Source: a virus | Direction: 5' to 3' (one strand) | DNA: 64,000 nt | Virus record (IMG/VR): IMGVR_UViG_3300037010_002464 | In this document: piece after piece, positions 19,676 through 29,560 of the stretch | Position numbering within the stretch: the first letter of the stretch is position 1 | Layout: each line of letters opens with the position of its first letter | The notes under the pieces: model-generated | Databases searched by the model: none | The model's input: only the letters and a program-made list of their open reading frames with translations | What the model was told of the DNA's origin: nothing | Position numbers and translations under genes: made by a program

Positions 19676-20877
19676 TTGATTCTCAGCTTAGCGCCCGAGT
19701 ATTCAGTGGGCATGATGTCTTTTTTGATCAATGAAAAGTCGTGCTTAATAACAACCGAATGAGACGAATTTGAGATTGAATAAAGGTTATCATTAAGCAT
19801 GAACGTTTCATTATAGCCGATGCCTAGCAAAACTCTTGCATTATCGTAGCTAGTCCATGTTTTAAGGTCGTATGACATGTATGGACCAATAACGTAAATC
19901 GCCCGTCCGGTTGAGTCTGTTGTCTTAAACAGCTTGTTAGTCCCAAAAAAGCCTACGGTTGAATTCATTGAATTCAGCCTCACTTTAGTCCAGTTAAGCC
20001 CATCAGCTGACACTAGCATCTGGAGGGTATAAGACATTGATGTCCTGTACGCCGTGAACAGCTGACCGCTTTTATTGTAAGGCAGAGCTTCTACGACCCA
20101 TCCATTTTCGAGCACCTTGGTGAAGGTTGACATGTCCTCTGTGTAATATGCATTGTCAACTATGACCCCCTTTGAAGTTGGGCCGGTACCTGTTATTTTA
20201 AAGCCCACCGGACCTACAATGGGGTTCCTGGTCATCGTCGGCGATGCTGACAATGGCTTATTGATTACTAACGGTATTCCCACTACACCGCTGTCATTCT
20301 TCAAAGTAGTAAAGATCTTTGTTTGAGTAGCTGCTGACTGGATGCCATTGCCATATGATAGCAAAGCTTCTGTGATAGAAATTGTGAATTGCGTCCAACC
20401 CGACAACCCGTCCGCTGAATAGCAGCCAAATGTGCGAGTGTTGACAAAATCATAGCAGAACATTAGGTACTCGCTACCTGTCCATAAAATGCTACCTGCA
20501 AACTGGGTGCTAGCCCACGCAATTGATGATGTCTCCCAATTAACAAAGTCAGCGGTTTTCCAAACTAGCAAATTCGCGCCGCTGGCGTCATAAGTGACTA
20601 GGAGGTATGCAGGGCCACCTATGCATACAATTGCGCCCGGCGCAAGGGTCAAGACATCAGTGCCAGGAACAAACAGCATGGGTGTAGAGTTAACTACACC
20701 GAAGCGCTGCTGTTGCAGCAACGTCATCTTAGACGTGTCAACGGGTTGCCCACCTTGGTTAAGGTCGATCTCGTCAGGATGCGTTAGCATTGAGTAGGTA
20801 AGCTTACCTACTTCACTGTTGGTTACATCGGCTGGATTCTTGTCGCCTCGAAAGCCGATTCGCTGACCCTTATTCAT
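19672..20877 (-). CDS. Asp-box beta-propeller virion protein
   Basis: TADFVNWE, SADGLSGWT, SADGLNWT, SYDLKTWT. Confidence 0.72.
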   Translation of the reverse strand: MNKGQRIGFRGDKNPADVTNSEVGKLTYSMLTHPDEIDLNQGGQPVDTSKMTLLQQQRFGVVNSTPMLFVPGTDVLTLAPGAIVCIGGPAYLLVTYDASGANLLVWKTADFVNWETSSIAWASTQFAGSILWTGSEYLMFCYDFVNTRTFGCYSADGLSGWTQFTISITEALLSYGNGIQSAATQTKIFTTLKNDSGVVGIPLVINKPLSASPTMTRNPIVGPVGFKITGTGPTSKGVIVDNAYYTEDMSTFTKVLENGWVVEALPYNKSGQLFTAYRTSMSYTLQMLVSADGLNWTKVRLNSMNSTVGFFGTNKLFKTTDSTGRAIYVIGPYMSYDLKTWTSYDNARVLLGIGYNETFMLNDNLYSISNSSHSVVIKHDFSLIKKDIMPTEYSGAKLRIK

Positions 20878-22109
20878 CTGACCTTCACGTAAAGGTTGTT
20901 AGCTGTTAAGAGGTCCCAAGTAATTAACGGTACCTGCATAGTAGATGGATCGATGATAACTTCACCGATAAATGGAGCCGTCATGAATTCATCATCCGCT
21001 GAGTATTTAGTATACATGAATGCCCTGCTATTAGCAGCATACACTCCATTCAAAATCATCGGAACTTCGTAAAAGTCATATACTACCGGAACTTGATCTA
21101 GCCCAGCGCTAACTGAAAGCAAGTTTTCGCCTTGGCATGGCACATCGTCATAGCCTGATCGTGCACTAATGTTGACAAAGGCTCTTAACCAATAGCTGCC
21201 TAGGCTCATCACCGGCGAATTTGCACACGCCAATATGTTGTCATCATCTCCCGCGGCTAGATTAAAGGTGCCTGTCCAGGACGTGCCGTTAGCCGATGAC
21301 ATCAGCCTACCATTTCGAGTAGAGACTACCCACGTGCTGTTAACATAGCAGAACGGGTGAGCGCTAGAAGCATATCCGGCACGAGTCCAAGTCACGCCAT
21401 GGTCTGTTGACTTATAGATTTCGGTAGTACCTGGTACGGTAGTTGCTAAAAGCAATGAGCTTGTGCCGCTTACATGCTTAACGTCACGACCGCTAAACAC
21501 CGTTGTCCAAGTTGACCCGTTAGTCGACCTAATCATGCCACCATAATCAGTTTGGTATGAATCATGCTGCATGATGCTAGCGATCCAAGCTGTGCCGTCC
21601 CACAAGAGAGCGCTTATAAGCGCGCCTGTTGAAGCGCAAAAGCCAGTCAGCGTCGAACCTGCAGTCCAAGTTGTACCGGCTGTCGAATATGCTGTATAGA
21701 CGCTGGCGCCAAGCGTGTCGAAGGGTGACCGTTTTCCTATAGCTGTGCCGATTACGACATACTGCGAGCCGTTATAGCCTAGCATACGCCAAACATAGCC
21801 TGTATTTGCAGGCAGTGTAACAGGCGATGACCACGTGATAAAGTCGGTTGTTGTTGAAAATTGAGTAGCGCTTATAGCCGCCCACAACGACCCTGTCCAA
21901 ATGATGTCGACAACCAAGAACGGGGTGAAGTGCTGTTTAAGCGTGATCTTGGGATAGATCCTCTTAAGATCCGCAGGTGCATTCGTAACATAGGTCTTTT
22001 GACCCATCACGGGTGCATAGTCCTTGTTCTGATAGTCGATGCCGTAAGTCAGCTTGCCAAAGCCGACAATAGGCCTTGCGCCTGCACCCGCAAACACACC
22101 CTTGTTCAT
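20874..22109 (-). CDS. Asp-box beta-propeller virion protein
   Basis: STNGSTWT, STDHGVTWT, SANGTSWT. Confidence 0.72.
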   Translation of the reverse strand: MNKGVFAGAGARPIVGFGKLTYGIDYQNKDYAPVMGQKTYVTNAPADLKRIYPKITLKQHFTPFLVVDIIWTGSLWAAISATQFSTTTDFITWSSPVTLPANTGYVWRMLGYNGSQYVVIGTAIGKRSPFDTLGASVYTAYSTAGTTWTAGSTLTGFCASTGALISALLWDGTAWIASIMQHDSYQTDYGGMIRSTNGSTWTTVFSGRDVKHVSGTSSLLLATTVPGTTEIYKSTDHGVTWTRAGYASSAHPFCYVNSTWVVSTRNGRLMSSANGTSWTGTFNLAAGDDDNILACANSPVMSLGSYWLRAFVNISARSGYDDVPCQGENLLSVSAGLDQVPVVYDFYEVPMILNGVYAANSRAFMYTKYSADDEFMTAPFIGEVIIDPSTMQVPLITWDLLTANNLYVKVR

Positions 22110-22492
22110 TAGAAGTCACCGGCCCGAGTCACAAGCACGTTGAAGGACTCAGCGTTGTGAGTGCTAGCGCGCAGCTTCCAGCCTGACTTAATGATGAGCG
22201 CAAGGTCAGACACGCTATAGGACCAAGTGGCGTTGGTCGTTGACGGTGTATTTGCCGGCACCAGGATTTCCTTCCACAAGCGCGTGTTCGTGCCGTCTGA
22301 AACGAAGATGCGCACTACGCCGGCCGTGGTAGTACCTTGGGCCGTGACCGTCAGGTCATCAATGCGAGTACCGCTTGAACCACCGGTTAGCACGTCTACG
22401 ATCGTGCCTGTGCCGTCACGGGCTGTGTTAGCGGCGCTGATGACAACGGCTGCGGCCGCAACGGTTGACGCATACTGTGCATATTGGGACAT
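22109..22492 (-). CDS. Small virion/fibre-associated protein
   Basis: 127 aa beta-rich, RBS, in late operon. Confidence 0.7.
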   Translation of the reverse strand: MSQYAQYASTVAAAAVVISAANTARDGTGTIVDVLTGGSSGTRIDDLTVTAQGTTTAGVVRIFVSDGTNTRLWKEILVPANTPSTTNATWSYSVSDLALIIKSGWKLRASTHNAESFNVLVTRAGDF

Positions 22493-22501
22493 GGGAACCT
22501 C

Positions 22502-24214
22502 TTAGATGATGTTAGCCGCTTGGAGCGTGAAGTCAGGAACCGTCGGTTGACCCGACGTGATGAACATTTGCGATGTGCCGACCTTCGCCGTCACTTGGCA
22601 GATGCGTTGGCCTTTGATCGGGCTTGTAGACGTGCCTAGCAGCAGCAGCGTGTCAGCGGTTACGACCTTGCCGACCCATTGCAGCACGCCGAACTCATGC
22701 TCGTCAAAGTAGACGCCGATTGGTGTGTAGCCTGAGGTGACACACTGCACACGCTGACCAACCTGTAGGCCTGCAAGGGAGATTGAGAACTGCTTAGCAT
22801 AAGTTGGGATCGTGCCGAAGTCAACGGTCACATCAGTCGAGATTATGACTGTGCCGTTCTGGCTGATCTGCGTGAAGGCGAGGGACGTGGTGTTAAGGGT
22901 GATCGGCTGGTAGGTGCTTAGCATCCACACCGTTGTGGCGTTTGCGGTGCCTTCAGCCACGGTTACCAGCAAGCCAGTGATCGCTTCGGCGCTTGAATCC
23001 AGGCCTGAGATGCGCGTCATCGTTGACGCTGAGCCGTTGTAAGTGTAGACGCCGTTTTGAGAGCCGGTGGTCTGATTCTTAACCAGCACCATGTCACCGC
23101 TCACCATGATGACACCGTCAATTGTCGGGCCAGGAGCTGTTAGGGTCAGGTTAGCTGTTGACGCCACGCGAGCGTTGATGCCTGTACCGCCGCTTGAAGA
23201 CGGTAAGACTGCCGGGTCGATCAAGTCTCCGCTTTGCATAACGGTCAAGCGACCATTCTTAAGCACAACAGGCTTTAAGCCGACAACCACTGTCAAGGTA
23301 GCAGCCGTTGTTGTCGACGACCCGTTGCTATCCGTGACTACGCACTGGTACCAGTCGCCGTTGTTTGCGCTGCCACCTGTAACGGTCGCTGCAGCGGTTG
23401 TATAAGAGGCTGTCGTGCCACCAGTACCTGTTGAGACATTTGACCAGCTCGAACCGCTATTGACGCTGCACTGCCATTGATAAGTCAGCGAGCCTGCATT
23501 TGCGGTCGCGGTAACAGTAAATGTAGCCGTAACGCCTGCTGTTACAGTTACGCTTGATGGCTGGTTGTTGATCGTCGGTCCGAGAACTGTAGCAGGCGCA
23601 GCAAAGTATGCGTCGAGCTCAGCTTGCGTGAGCGTACGCGACCAAACAGCGACATTCTTAAAACGCCAGCCGGTGTTAACATTGCCCGACGCTGTAGTAC
23701 CGTCAAAGATCGAGCCGATAGTTAGGTACTTCGAGCTACCCGTAGGTGTAACCGATGTTGTATTAGCGGATGACAGCGTGCCACCCAGGTATACCTGACG
23801 ACTTGTAGCACCGCCGTATACACACGCCGTGTTGTTATAAACAGCTCCAGAAAGAGCGGCGCTTAGCGCTTCATCCGCGGTGCCACCGTTACGCGTCTTA
23901 GCGCTTGCTGTGTTTGTGCTACCGGTTTGATAAAGCTGCCAATAGTTACCTGCGCTTGTCGTGTAACCGATGAACGTGTAGTCACCGCTTGCACCACCGT
24001 TAACGTAAGCCTGTACAGCTATAGTAAACGGCGTGCCCAATGTGATCGTGGTGCACAGCAAGTACGGATTCGTAGCTGAAGTTACGGTCCAGCATGAATT
24101 TGTCGAGTCCCATGTCAAGCCGCCACCTTGTGAGAAGGTGTTGCCTCCGAATGAACCGACCAGATTGTTAGTCGTTAGCGGCCAGTATTCTACGAGGTTG
24201 GTATTGAGGGACAT
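22502..24214 (-). CDS. Fibre protein: LamG-like + Ig-like + tail-fibre anchor-type domain
   Basis: NVAVWSRTLT (LamG); PTINNQPSSVTV...YQWQ...YQCVVT (Ig); RVAST.N...IDGV...VLVKNQT.SQNGVY. Confidence 0.8.
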   Translation of the reverse strand: MSLNTNLVEYWPLTTNNLVGSFGGNTFSQGGGLTWDSTNSCWTVTSATNPYLLCTTITLGTPFTIAVQAYVNGGASGDYTFIGYTTSAGNYWQLYQTGSTNTASAKTRNGGTADEALSAALSGAVYNNTACVYGGATSRQVYLGGTLSSANTTSVTPTGSSKYLTIGSIFDGTTASGNVNTGWRFKNVAVWSRTLTQAELDAYFAAPATVLGPTINNQPSSVTVTAGVTATFTVTATANAGSLTYQWQCSVNSGSSWSNVSTGTGGTTASYTTAAATVTGGSANNGDWYQCVVTDSNGSSTTTAATLTVVVGLKPVVLKNGRLTVMQSGDLIDPAVLPSSSGGTGINARVASTANLTLTAPGPTIDGVIMVSGDMVLVKNQTTGSQNGVYTYNGSASTMTRISGLDSSAEAITGLLVTVAEGTANATTVWMLSTYQPITLNTTSLAFTQISQNGTVIISTDVTVDFGTIPTYAKQFSISLAGLQVGQRVQCVTSGYTPIGVYFDEHEFGVLQWVGKVVTADTLLLLGTSTSPIKGQRICQVTAKVGTSQMFITSGQPTVPDFTLQAANII

Positions 24215-24218
24215 GCTG

Positions 24219-24225
24219 CTATTTA
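24219..24225 (-). promoter_or_regulatory. Late promoter core TAAATAG
   Basis: CTATTTA 4 nt from the ATG. Confidence 0.7.
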
Positions 24226-24240
24226 TTATCGAGCAAAGTA

Positions 24241-24268
24241 AAAGGCCTGGTCAACTGACCAGGCCTTT
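24241..24268 (-). terminator. Rho-independent terminator
   Basis: Perfect IR AAAGGCCTGGTCA/TGACCAGGCCTTT with T-tract on the minus strand. Confidence 0.8.
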
Positions 24269-24313
24269 AGGTTTTAAGTTCGCACTTAAGGGTAGCGCAT
24301 CACCCGAACCAGC

Positions 24314-24607
24314 TTACGCGAGTTCGCCAGCGCCGTACTTGGTCGTGACAGCGCTTGAAGCGGCCGTGACCAGGTTAGCCAGCGTTGTGCTGGTTGCAGG
24401 CACCGAGCCGTTCGGGTAAGCGATCTTGACGGTGTACGTGTCATTGATCGTCATCGCGATGTCGTCCTTCGTGACCGAAGTTGCGGTAGCGGCGCCCGAC
24501 TCATGGATGAAGTCGACTGCGGAGAACGAAACCAGGGTGATGACTGGTGAACCAGACGGGCCGGTGCGGTTGATCGTGATGGTGTGAACTTTTCCGGTGA
24601 GGGACAT
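24314..24607 (-). CDS. Small late protein with its own promoter and terminator (probably an abundant virion component)
   Basis: AGGAG RBS; TAAATA at 24661-24666; terminator downstream. Confidence 0.75.
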   Translation of the reverse strand: MSLTGKVHTITINRTGPSGSPVITLVSFSAVDFIHESGAATATSVTKDDIAMTINDTYTVKIAYPNGSVPATSTTLANLVTAASSAVTTKYGAGELA

Positions 24608-24659
24608 GTGAGCTCCTAGGCGTGAGGGTTCGCACGCCTATGCGTGCATTGTTGTACCC

Positions 24660-24884
24660 TTATTTATCGGCCAGCAACCTGCTAAGTTCATTAAAGCCGC
24701 CGACCGACCGGTCTTCAGCGACGATGAACGGCACGGCTTTAACGGCTGGGTAAAGCTGACGGAAGGCTTCGAGTGTGATGTCAGCTCCGATCTTAACTGC
24801 TTGAAACGGCTCGCTCTTGGAGGTTAGCATGGCTTTTGCGCGGTCGCACTGGGGGCAGCCGTCTTTGGTGTAGACTGTGTACAT
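24660..24884 (-). CDS. nrdC: Glutaredoxin
   Basis: CPQC active site, VPFI, GGF; adjacent to nrdB. Confidence 0.92.
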   Translation of the reverse strand: MYTVYTKDGCPQCDRAKAMLTSKSEPFQAVKIGADITLEAFRQLYPAVKAVPFIVAEDRSVGGFNELSRLLADK

Positions 24885-25240
24885 GGTTGGTTAGGGTTTT
24901 AGGGAGGTGGCCTATGATATAGGTATGGGCTAGGTCAACGGTAGCAAGGATGTTTTGAATCGGCTGATCGACCCTGAAAAAGCCTGAGCTGGTGACCTTT
25001 ACGGCTATCCGCTCAACTTCGCGAAGGTTTAGCGCGTTAACCGCGATGTCTGAAACCACAGCCGCCGAGATGATGTAGTCGCCGACTCGTGTGCAGCTTA
25101 ACACTGACACGCATGAGGTTGCCCTGCTGCTTAGCGGAGCTCGTGTTGACGCGCCGATTTGCTTAAGGGAAGTATCTATCCCTGAGTCGACTAGCAGCTG
25201 CTGCAGCTTGAGGGCCACAGCGCTTCTGGCTCTTGACCGG
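24881..25240 (-). pseudogene. Degraded MKLxxLLE-family gene (boundaries approximate)
   Basis: RSAVALKLQQLLVDSGIDT; upstream frame closed by TAG; fills the nrdB-nrdC gap. Confidence 0.45.
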
Positions 25241-25283
25241 GACTATCCCGGACATGTACTCGCGCTGCAGTTCAAGCTCGTAG

Positions 25284-26372
25284 TCAGAGAGTCGGGAGTG
25301 TGCTGAGGTCAAGCTCATCGTCGAGGGCTCCGATGACGTAAGCGGTGGACTCGTTCTCCTGCAGCGCGGTCTGCTTCATCGAGGTGTTCGAGTGCTTGTT
25401 GAACCAGGGCAGCGGGTTGCTCTTCGGCACCACCGCGGTGTACTTGACGCCGATGGCCTTCAGCACGTCAATGGCTGTCCAATCCACGAAGTCCTTCATG
25501 ATCTGTGCATTCAAGCCTATGACCACGCCCTTCTTGAACAGGTAGTCAGCCCAAGCCTTCTCCTCAGCGATCACGTCGAGGTAAAGTTGGTAGGCCTTGT
25601 CCTTGCAGCGCTCCTTGGCGGCTTTGAACCGGTCATCATCCTTAACGCATTGGTTGATGATGTAGGCGGTCCAGTCCTTGTGCAGCAGCTCATCCTGCAG
25701 GATCAGGCTGATGATGTTGCCGTTGCCGATGAAGATCTTGTTCTCAACCATGCCGAGGCTGGTTGCGAATGAAACCATGAAACGGATCGCCTCGAGCGCG
25801 TAGCTGGCGTTAAGGGCCATCCAGATGGCGTCGACATGCAGCTCTTCATGCACATGTTGGCCGGTAGCGATCAGCGAATTAAGCCGATGAAGCTCATCAT
25901 AGTGCTCGCCGATCCTGGCAGCCATCTGCACGATCTCGACCGTGTCATGGATCTTGTTGAACTCATCCTTGGGCTGGCCGTAGATGTTACGGATGATCCA
26001 GCTGTAGGCCTTCGAGTGGATGTTCGCCTCGAAGAAACCCCAGTTGTTGAACAACAGCTCAAGCTCAGGGATCGAAGCGATCGGTGTAAAGACCTGAGTT
26101 GGGCCTCGGCCCTGGATCGAATCGAGCGCTGTTTGCCGAAGGAGGTTACTCGTGAAGATGTGCCGAACGGCATCAGATGCCTCCTTAAAGTCGGTCTTGT
26201 CCTTCATTAAGGTGATTTCCTGCGGGCGCCAGAAAAACCCCTCCGCCGTGTCATTGAACTTCTCGATCTTTGGGTAGCGAACCTCCTCGAAGCGCTGAAC
26301 GGTCACGCGACCGTCAAGGAACATCCGGCGGCTCAGGTAGTTTGTTGGCTTAGAAAAGTCGTAAGTGCTCAT
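25284..26372 (-). CDS. nrdB: Ribonucleotide reductase class Ia beta subunit
   Basis: FFWRPQEI, QTALDSIQGR, EANIHSKAY, EAIRFMVSF, DELLH, ALQENES. Confidence 0.97.
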   Translation of the reverse strand: MSTYDFSKPTNYLSRRMFLDGRVTVQRFEEVRYPKIEKFNDTAEGFFWRPQEITLMKDKTDFKEASDAVRHIFTSNLLRQTALDSIQGRGPTQVFTPIASIPELELLFNNWGFFEANIHSKAYSWIIRNIYGQPKDEFNKIHDTVEIVQMAARIGEHYDELHRLNSLIATGQHVHEELHVDAIWMALNASYALEAIRFMVSFATSLGMVENKIFIGNGNIISLILQDELLHKDWTAYIINQCVKDDDRFKAAKERCKDKAYQLYLDVIAEEKAWADYLFKKGVVIGLNAQIMKDFVDWTAIDVLKAIGVKYTAVVPKSNPLPWFNKHSNTSMKQTALQENESTAYVIGALDDELDLSTLPTL

Positions 26373-26738
26373 ACGAAGATATTGTCGGTGAAGAATCGGG
26401 CTACATCGCTAGCGTCAGCAAATGAAGGCGTGTCGGTGTAGAGGTAGTCGGTGGGGGTCAAGGGAGTCAGGATCGCTGGCTCGACACTGATACAAATCTC
26501 ATTTTCATGGTTGTCAGGGGACATGCACCATGTAGCGAGTTTGCACATACGGCTTTATCGGGCCGTTGATGAGCACGAACACGCAAACATTTGTGATGTC
26601 ACCGATGTTGGTCTTTGCGATCTACCAAGTCAGCTTGCTCGAGACCTCGTAGCCTGCATCAATGAGCAGCTGCTGGAGCCTGAGAGCCTCTTGCCTGGTG
26701 TTCCAGCCCTCAAGCAGGCTCTTGAAGTAGCTGATCAC
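26369..26738 (-). pseudogene. MKLxxLLE-family gene with in-frame TAG and a frameshift
   Basis: GTG 26738 MISYFKSLLEGWNTRQEALRLQQLLIDAGY; TAG at 26622-26624; the final frame ends in a TGA overlapping the nrdB ATG. Confidence 0.6.
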
Positions 26739-27070
26739 AGTAGCCGTGCGTGAGCAAACGAGATCGCGATGTCGGACTTCGTCCGCAGGTCAAGCGACTC
26801 AAACGAACAGCAGTGGAGGTACCAGCACTCGCCCGTACCCAGGTCAACCTCCATGTCAAAGACGTTGTCATGCTCGTAAGCCTCAGCGATGGCCTCATTG
26901 GTGTCTTCGAAGCCGGCAATCGCCAATGCCCATCGCGGATTGGTCAGGTTCATAACACGCCCATCAGGCGATGCCTCGGTCGGAGGAATCATGACCTCTT
27001 GCTCGTCATATTCCATGGACGGACGCGACATGTAAGTAACAGTCGCTTTTAGCTTAGGAAGGGATGTCAT
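26735..27070 (-). CDS. Hypothetical protein between nrdA and nrdB
   Basis: ATGA overlap with the nrdA stop. Confidence 0.6.
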   Translation of the reverse strand: MTSLPKLKATVTYMSRPSMEYDEQEVMIPPTEASPDGRVMNLTNPRWALAIAGFEDTNEAIAEAYEHDNVFDMEVDLGTGECWYLHCCSFESLDLRTKSDIAISFAHARLL

Positions 27071-29391
27071 AGTTTGCACGTCTCGCAATCATCTTCGAGC
27101 TCTAGCTCGGGAGTGGGTGTCATGGATGGGGCGACCTCAGCGTCAGCCTTGGCACCTTGCTTGTCAATCAGGCTGTAGTAGAAGGTCTTCAAGCCCCACT
27201 TGTAGCCCTTCATCAGGTTGCCGATGACCAGGTTAACAGGGACCTTGCGGTCCTTCTTCGGGTCATCGCTTCGGAAGAATTTCGGGTTGTAGAACGTGTT
27301 GGTGCTGATGGATTGATCGGTGTAAGCCGCAATGACCGCCACCGTTTTGAGGTACTGGATGCAGTCGGTCTGTTCCCACATCAGCTGATAGCGGTTCTTC
27401 AGCTTCGAGTACTCAGGCACCACCTGGATCAGCAGCGAGCCCTTGGACTCCTTGATCGAGATGAGGGCCATCGGCATCTCAACGCCGTTGGTTGAGTTGA
27501 TGACCACGGAGGAGCTCTCAACCGGCGCCACCGCGCTGTTAGTAGCACAGCGCACGCCGTGCTGTAGCATGCGGTCGCGCAACGGCTCCCAATCAATCTC
27601 AGGCGAGAAGTCGGTCAGCTCGTTGACGCCGAAAGCTCGACGCTCCCAAGGGAAGACGCCGTGGCCGTAGTAGGTATGCTGTGAGCGAGTGCATGCGCCG
27701 CGCTCTTCAGCCAGGTCAACGGAAGCTTCTGTCAGGAAGTAGACCTGCTGCTCCATCCAACGCTTGACCTCGCCTAGGGCTTCATCATCACCGTACTTGA
27801 AGTTGCGCTTAGCGTGCCAGTAAGCCAAGTTGGTGATGCCGACGCCTAACGGCCTGAACTCAAGGTTGGACAGTTCAGACTGGACGGACAGGAAGTCCTG
27901 GTAGGAGAGCAGGTTGTCAAGCGAGCGGACCAGCACGCGGCAAGCGCGCTTCATGTCCTCCGGGTTGCGGAAGGCACCCCAGTTGATCGAGCCCAAGGTG
28001 CACAGCGCGATCCGACCGTTCGGGTCATCAACGCGTTGGAAGGCGCGAGTCGGCAGCAGGATCTCTTGACAGAGGTTGGACTGGTAGATCGGGTCGAGCG
28101 TGGTGTCAAACGGGCCTTGCTTCTGCACGTTGTCGACGAACATCATGTAGATGCGACCGGTGTCGGTGCGCTCCTTGATGAAGAGCGCGCGGACAACCTG
28201 GTCAGCCGTCAGCACCTTCTTGGTAATGTCGGTACGACGTTCAGCCTCTACGTACAGCTTGTCGAAGAGGTCGATGTCCGAGTAGAAGGCCTCATACAGC
28301 TCGGGGACTTGGCTCGGGTCAAACAGCGTAATCGTGCCTTGGCTCAACAGGCGCTTCCAGAATAAGCCTGACAGCGCAACGCTGTAGTCCATGTGGCGGA
28401 CACGAGTCTCGTCGGTGCCTTGGTTGTTCTTCAGGACGATCAGGTCTTCAAACTGCGCGTGCCAGATCGGGAAGGTGACCGTAGCCGAAGCGTTGCGGAT
28501 GCCGCCTTGCGAGCATGAACGGAGGTCAGCGAACCACTTCTTGAGAAACGGAACCAGACCAGTGTGCTTGATCTCACCGCCTCGGATTGCGGCTCCCAAC
28601 GGGCGGATCCTACCAACTTCGAGGCCGATTCCTGCCCGCTTTGAGGCGTAGTCGGCCATCATTTCACCCGCCGCAAAGATGCTCTTCAGAGTGTCGTCGG
28701 ACTTGATGAGAACGCAGGAGCTGAACTGCTTGGTCGGGGTGCCGAGGCCGGCGAGCACCGGCGTGGCCAGCGTGAACAGGCCGTCGGAGCCGCAGTTGTA
28801 GTAGTCCTTGACCCAGCGCATCCGCACGTTCTTGGCTTCAGCGTGGAAGGCCGTAGCGCCCGCAACTGCATAGCGGACCTGCGGGGTCTCGTACATCTTG
28901 CCGGTCACCCTGTTGCGCACCAAGTACTTGTCGATAAGCTGCTCGATGGCCGCGTACGAGTAGTCCTCATCCTTCTCATGGTCAATGAAGGAGCCGATCT
29001 GGTCCCACTCCTCCTTCGTGTACCACTCGAGGAGGTCCTTGGTGTAGACGCCGGCCGCAACATTGGTGACCACAATGTCGTAGAGGCTAGGCGGCGTGTA
29101 CCTGCCGTAGACCTCCTTGCGCAGGGTCGAGACCCGAAGCCGACCTGCTACGTACTGATAGTTGACATGCCCAACCGGGTCGGTAATCAAGTTGACCGCT
29201 GAACGGATCAGCAGCTCGTCAATGGTCGTGGTCTCAATGCCATCAAAGAGCTCAATGTTGGCCCGCATCTCAACCAAGGATTGGGACACGTCCGCGATGC
29301 CTGCGCAGGCCATCGCTACTTGCTTTTGGATCTTCTCAATCTGAAGCGGTACCCGCACCCCAGTGCGTTTGATCACCGTTATCTTTGTCAT
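27067..29391 (-). CDS. nrdA: Ribonucleotide reductase class Ia alpha subunit with ATP cone
   Basis: VIKRTG ATP cone, QFSSCVL, SQGGIR, QSNLCQEI, LKTFYY, C-terminal CETC. Confidence 0.98.
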   Translation of the reverse strand: MTKITVIKRTGVRVPLQIEKIQKQVAMACAGIADVSQSLVEMRANIELFDGIETTTIDELLIRSAVNLITDPVGHVNYQYVAGRLRVSTLRKEVYGRYTPPSLYDIVVTNVAAGVYTKDLLEWYTKEEWDQIGSFIDHEKDEDYSYAAIEQLIDKYLVRNRVTGKMYETPQVRYAVAGATAFHAEAKNVRMRWVKDYYNCGSDGLFTLATPVLAGLGTPTKQFSSCVLIKSDDTLKSIFAAGEMMADYASKRAGIGLEVGRIRPLGAAIRGGEIKHTGLVPFLKKWFADLRSCSQGGIRNASATVTFPIWHAQFEDLIVLKNNQGTDETRVRHMDYSVALSGLFWKRLLSQGTITLFDPSQVPELYEAFYSDIDLFDKLYVEAERRTDITKKVLTADQVVRALFIKERTDTGRIYMMFVDNVQKQGPFDTTLDPIYQSNLCQEILLPTRAFQRVDDPNGRIALCTLGSINWGAFRNPEDMKRACRVLVRSLDNLLSYQDFLSVQSELSNLEFRPLGVGITNLAYWHAKRNFKYGDDEALGEVKRWMEQQVYFLTEASVDLAEERGACTRSQHTYYGHGVFPWERRAFGVNELTDFSPEIDWEPLRDRMLQHGVRCATNSAVAPVESSSVVINSTNGVEMPMALISIKESKGSLLIQVVPEYSKLKNRYQLMWEQTDCIQYLKTVAVIAAYTDQSISTNTFYNPKFFRSDDPKKDRKVPVNLVIGNLMKGYKWGLKTFYYSLIDKQGAKADAEVAPSMTPTPELELEDDCETCKL

Positions 29392-29412
29392 TTGTCTGTA
29401 GCTAGAAGAGTA

Positions 29413-29448
29413 AAATGCCGCTATGATATTGTAATCACGGCGGCATTT
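29413..29448. promoter_or_regulatory. Hairpin upstream of nrdA with TACAAT (- strand) at the loop
   Basis: AAATGCCGC/GCGGCATTT arms with further inner pairing. Confidence 0.5.
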
Positions 29449-29476
29449 GCGAGGCTAATTAGCCTGGTAGAATTAG

Positions 29477-29560
29477 GTGTAGCTGCAGCGAGGGTAAATC
29501 ATTTCGGTCTGCATTGCACTTAGCGTGAGCAGCTTTTCTCAAGAATGCTTGCAGCTACAC
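29477..29560 (-). ncRNA. Candidate structured small RNA or leader (84 nt, 11-bp terminal stem)
   Basis: GTGTAGCTGCA...TGCAGCTACAC; begins 3 nt after the late core TAAATA (29564-29569). Confidence 0.35.

Noticed and set aside
12478-26624. TAG stop-codon reassignment suggested by in-frame TAGs in the ACP and 26738 genes
   Set aside because: All long genes read through in the standard code, several real genes end in TAG, and both TAG-bearing genes also have frameshifts
25284-29391. Intron or intein in nrdA/nrdB
   Set aside because: Both ORFs are continuous and of normal length, with all motifs
29477-29560. tRNA gene
   Set aside because: No T-loop GTTC or cloverleaf spacing; no tRNA recognised anywhere in the window
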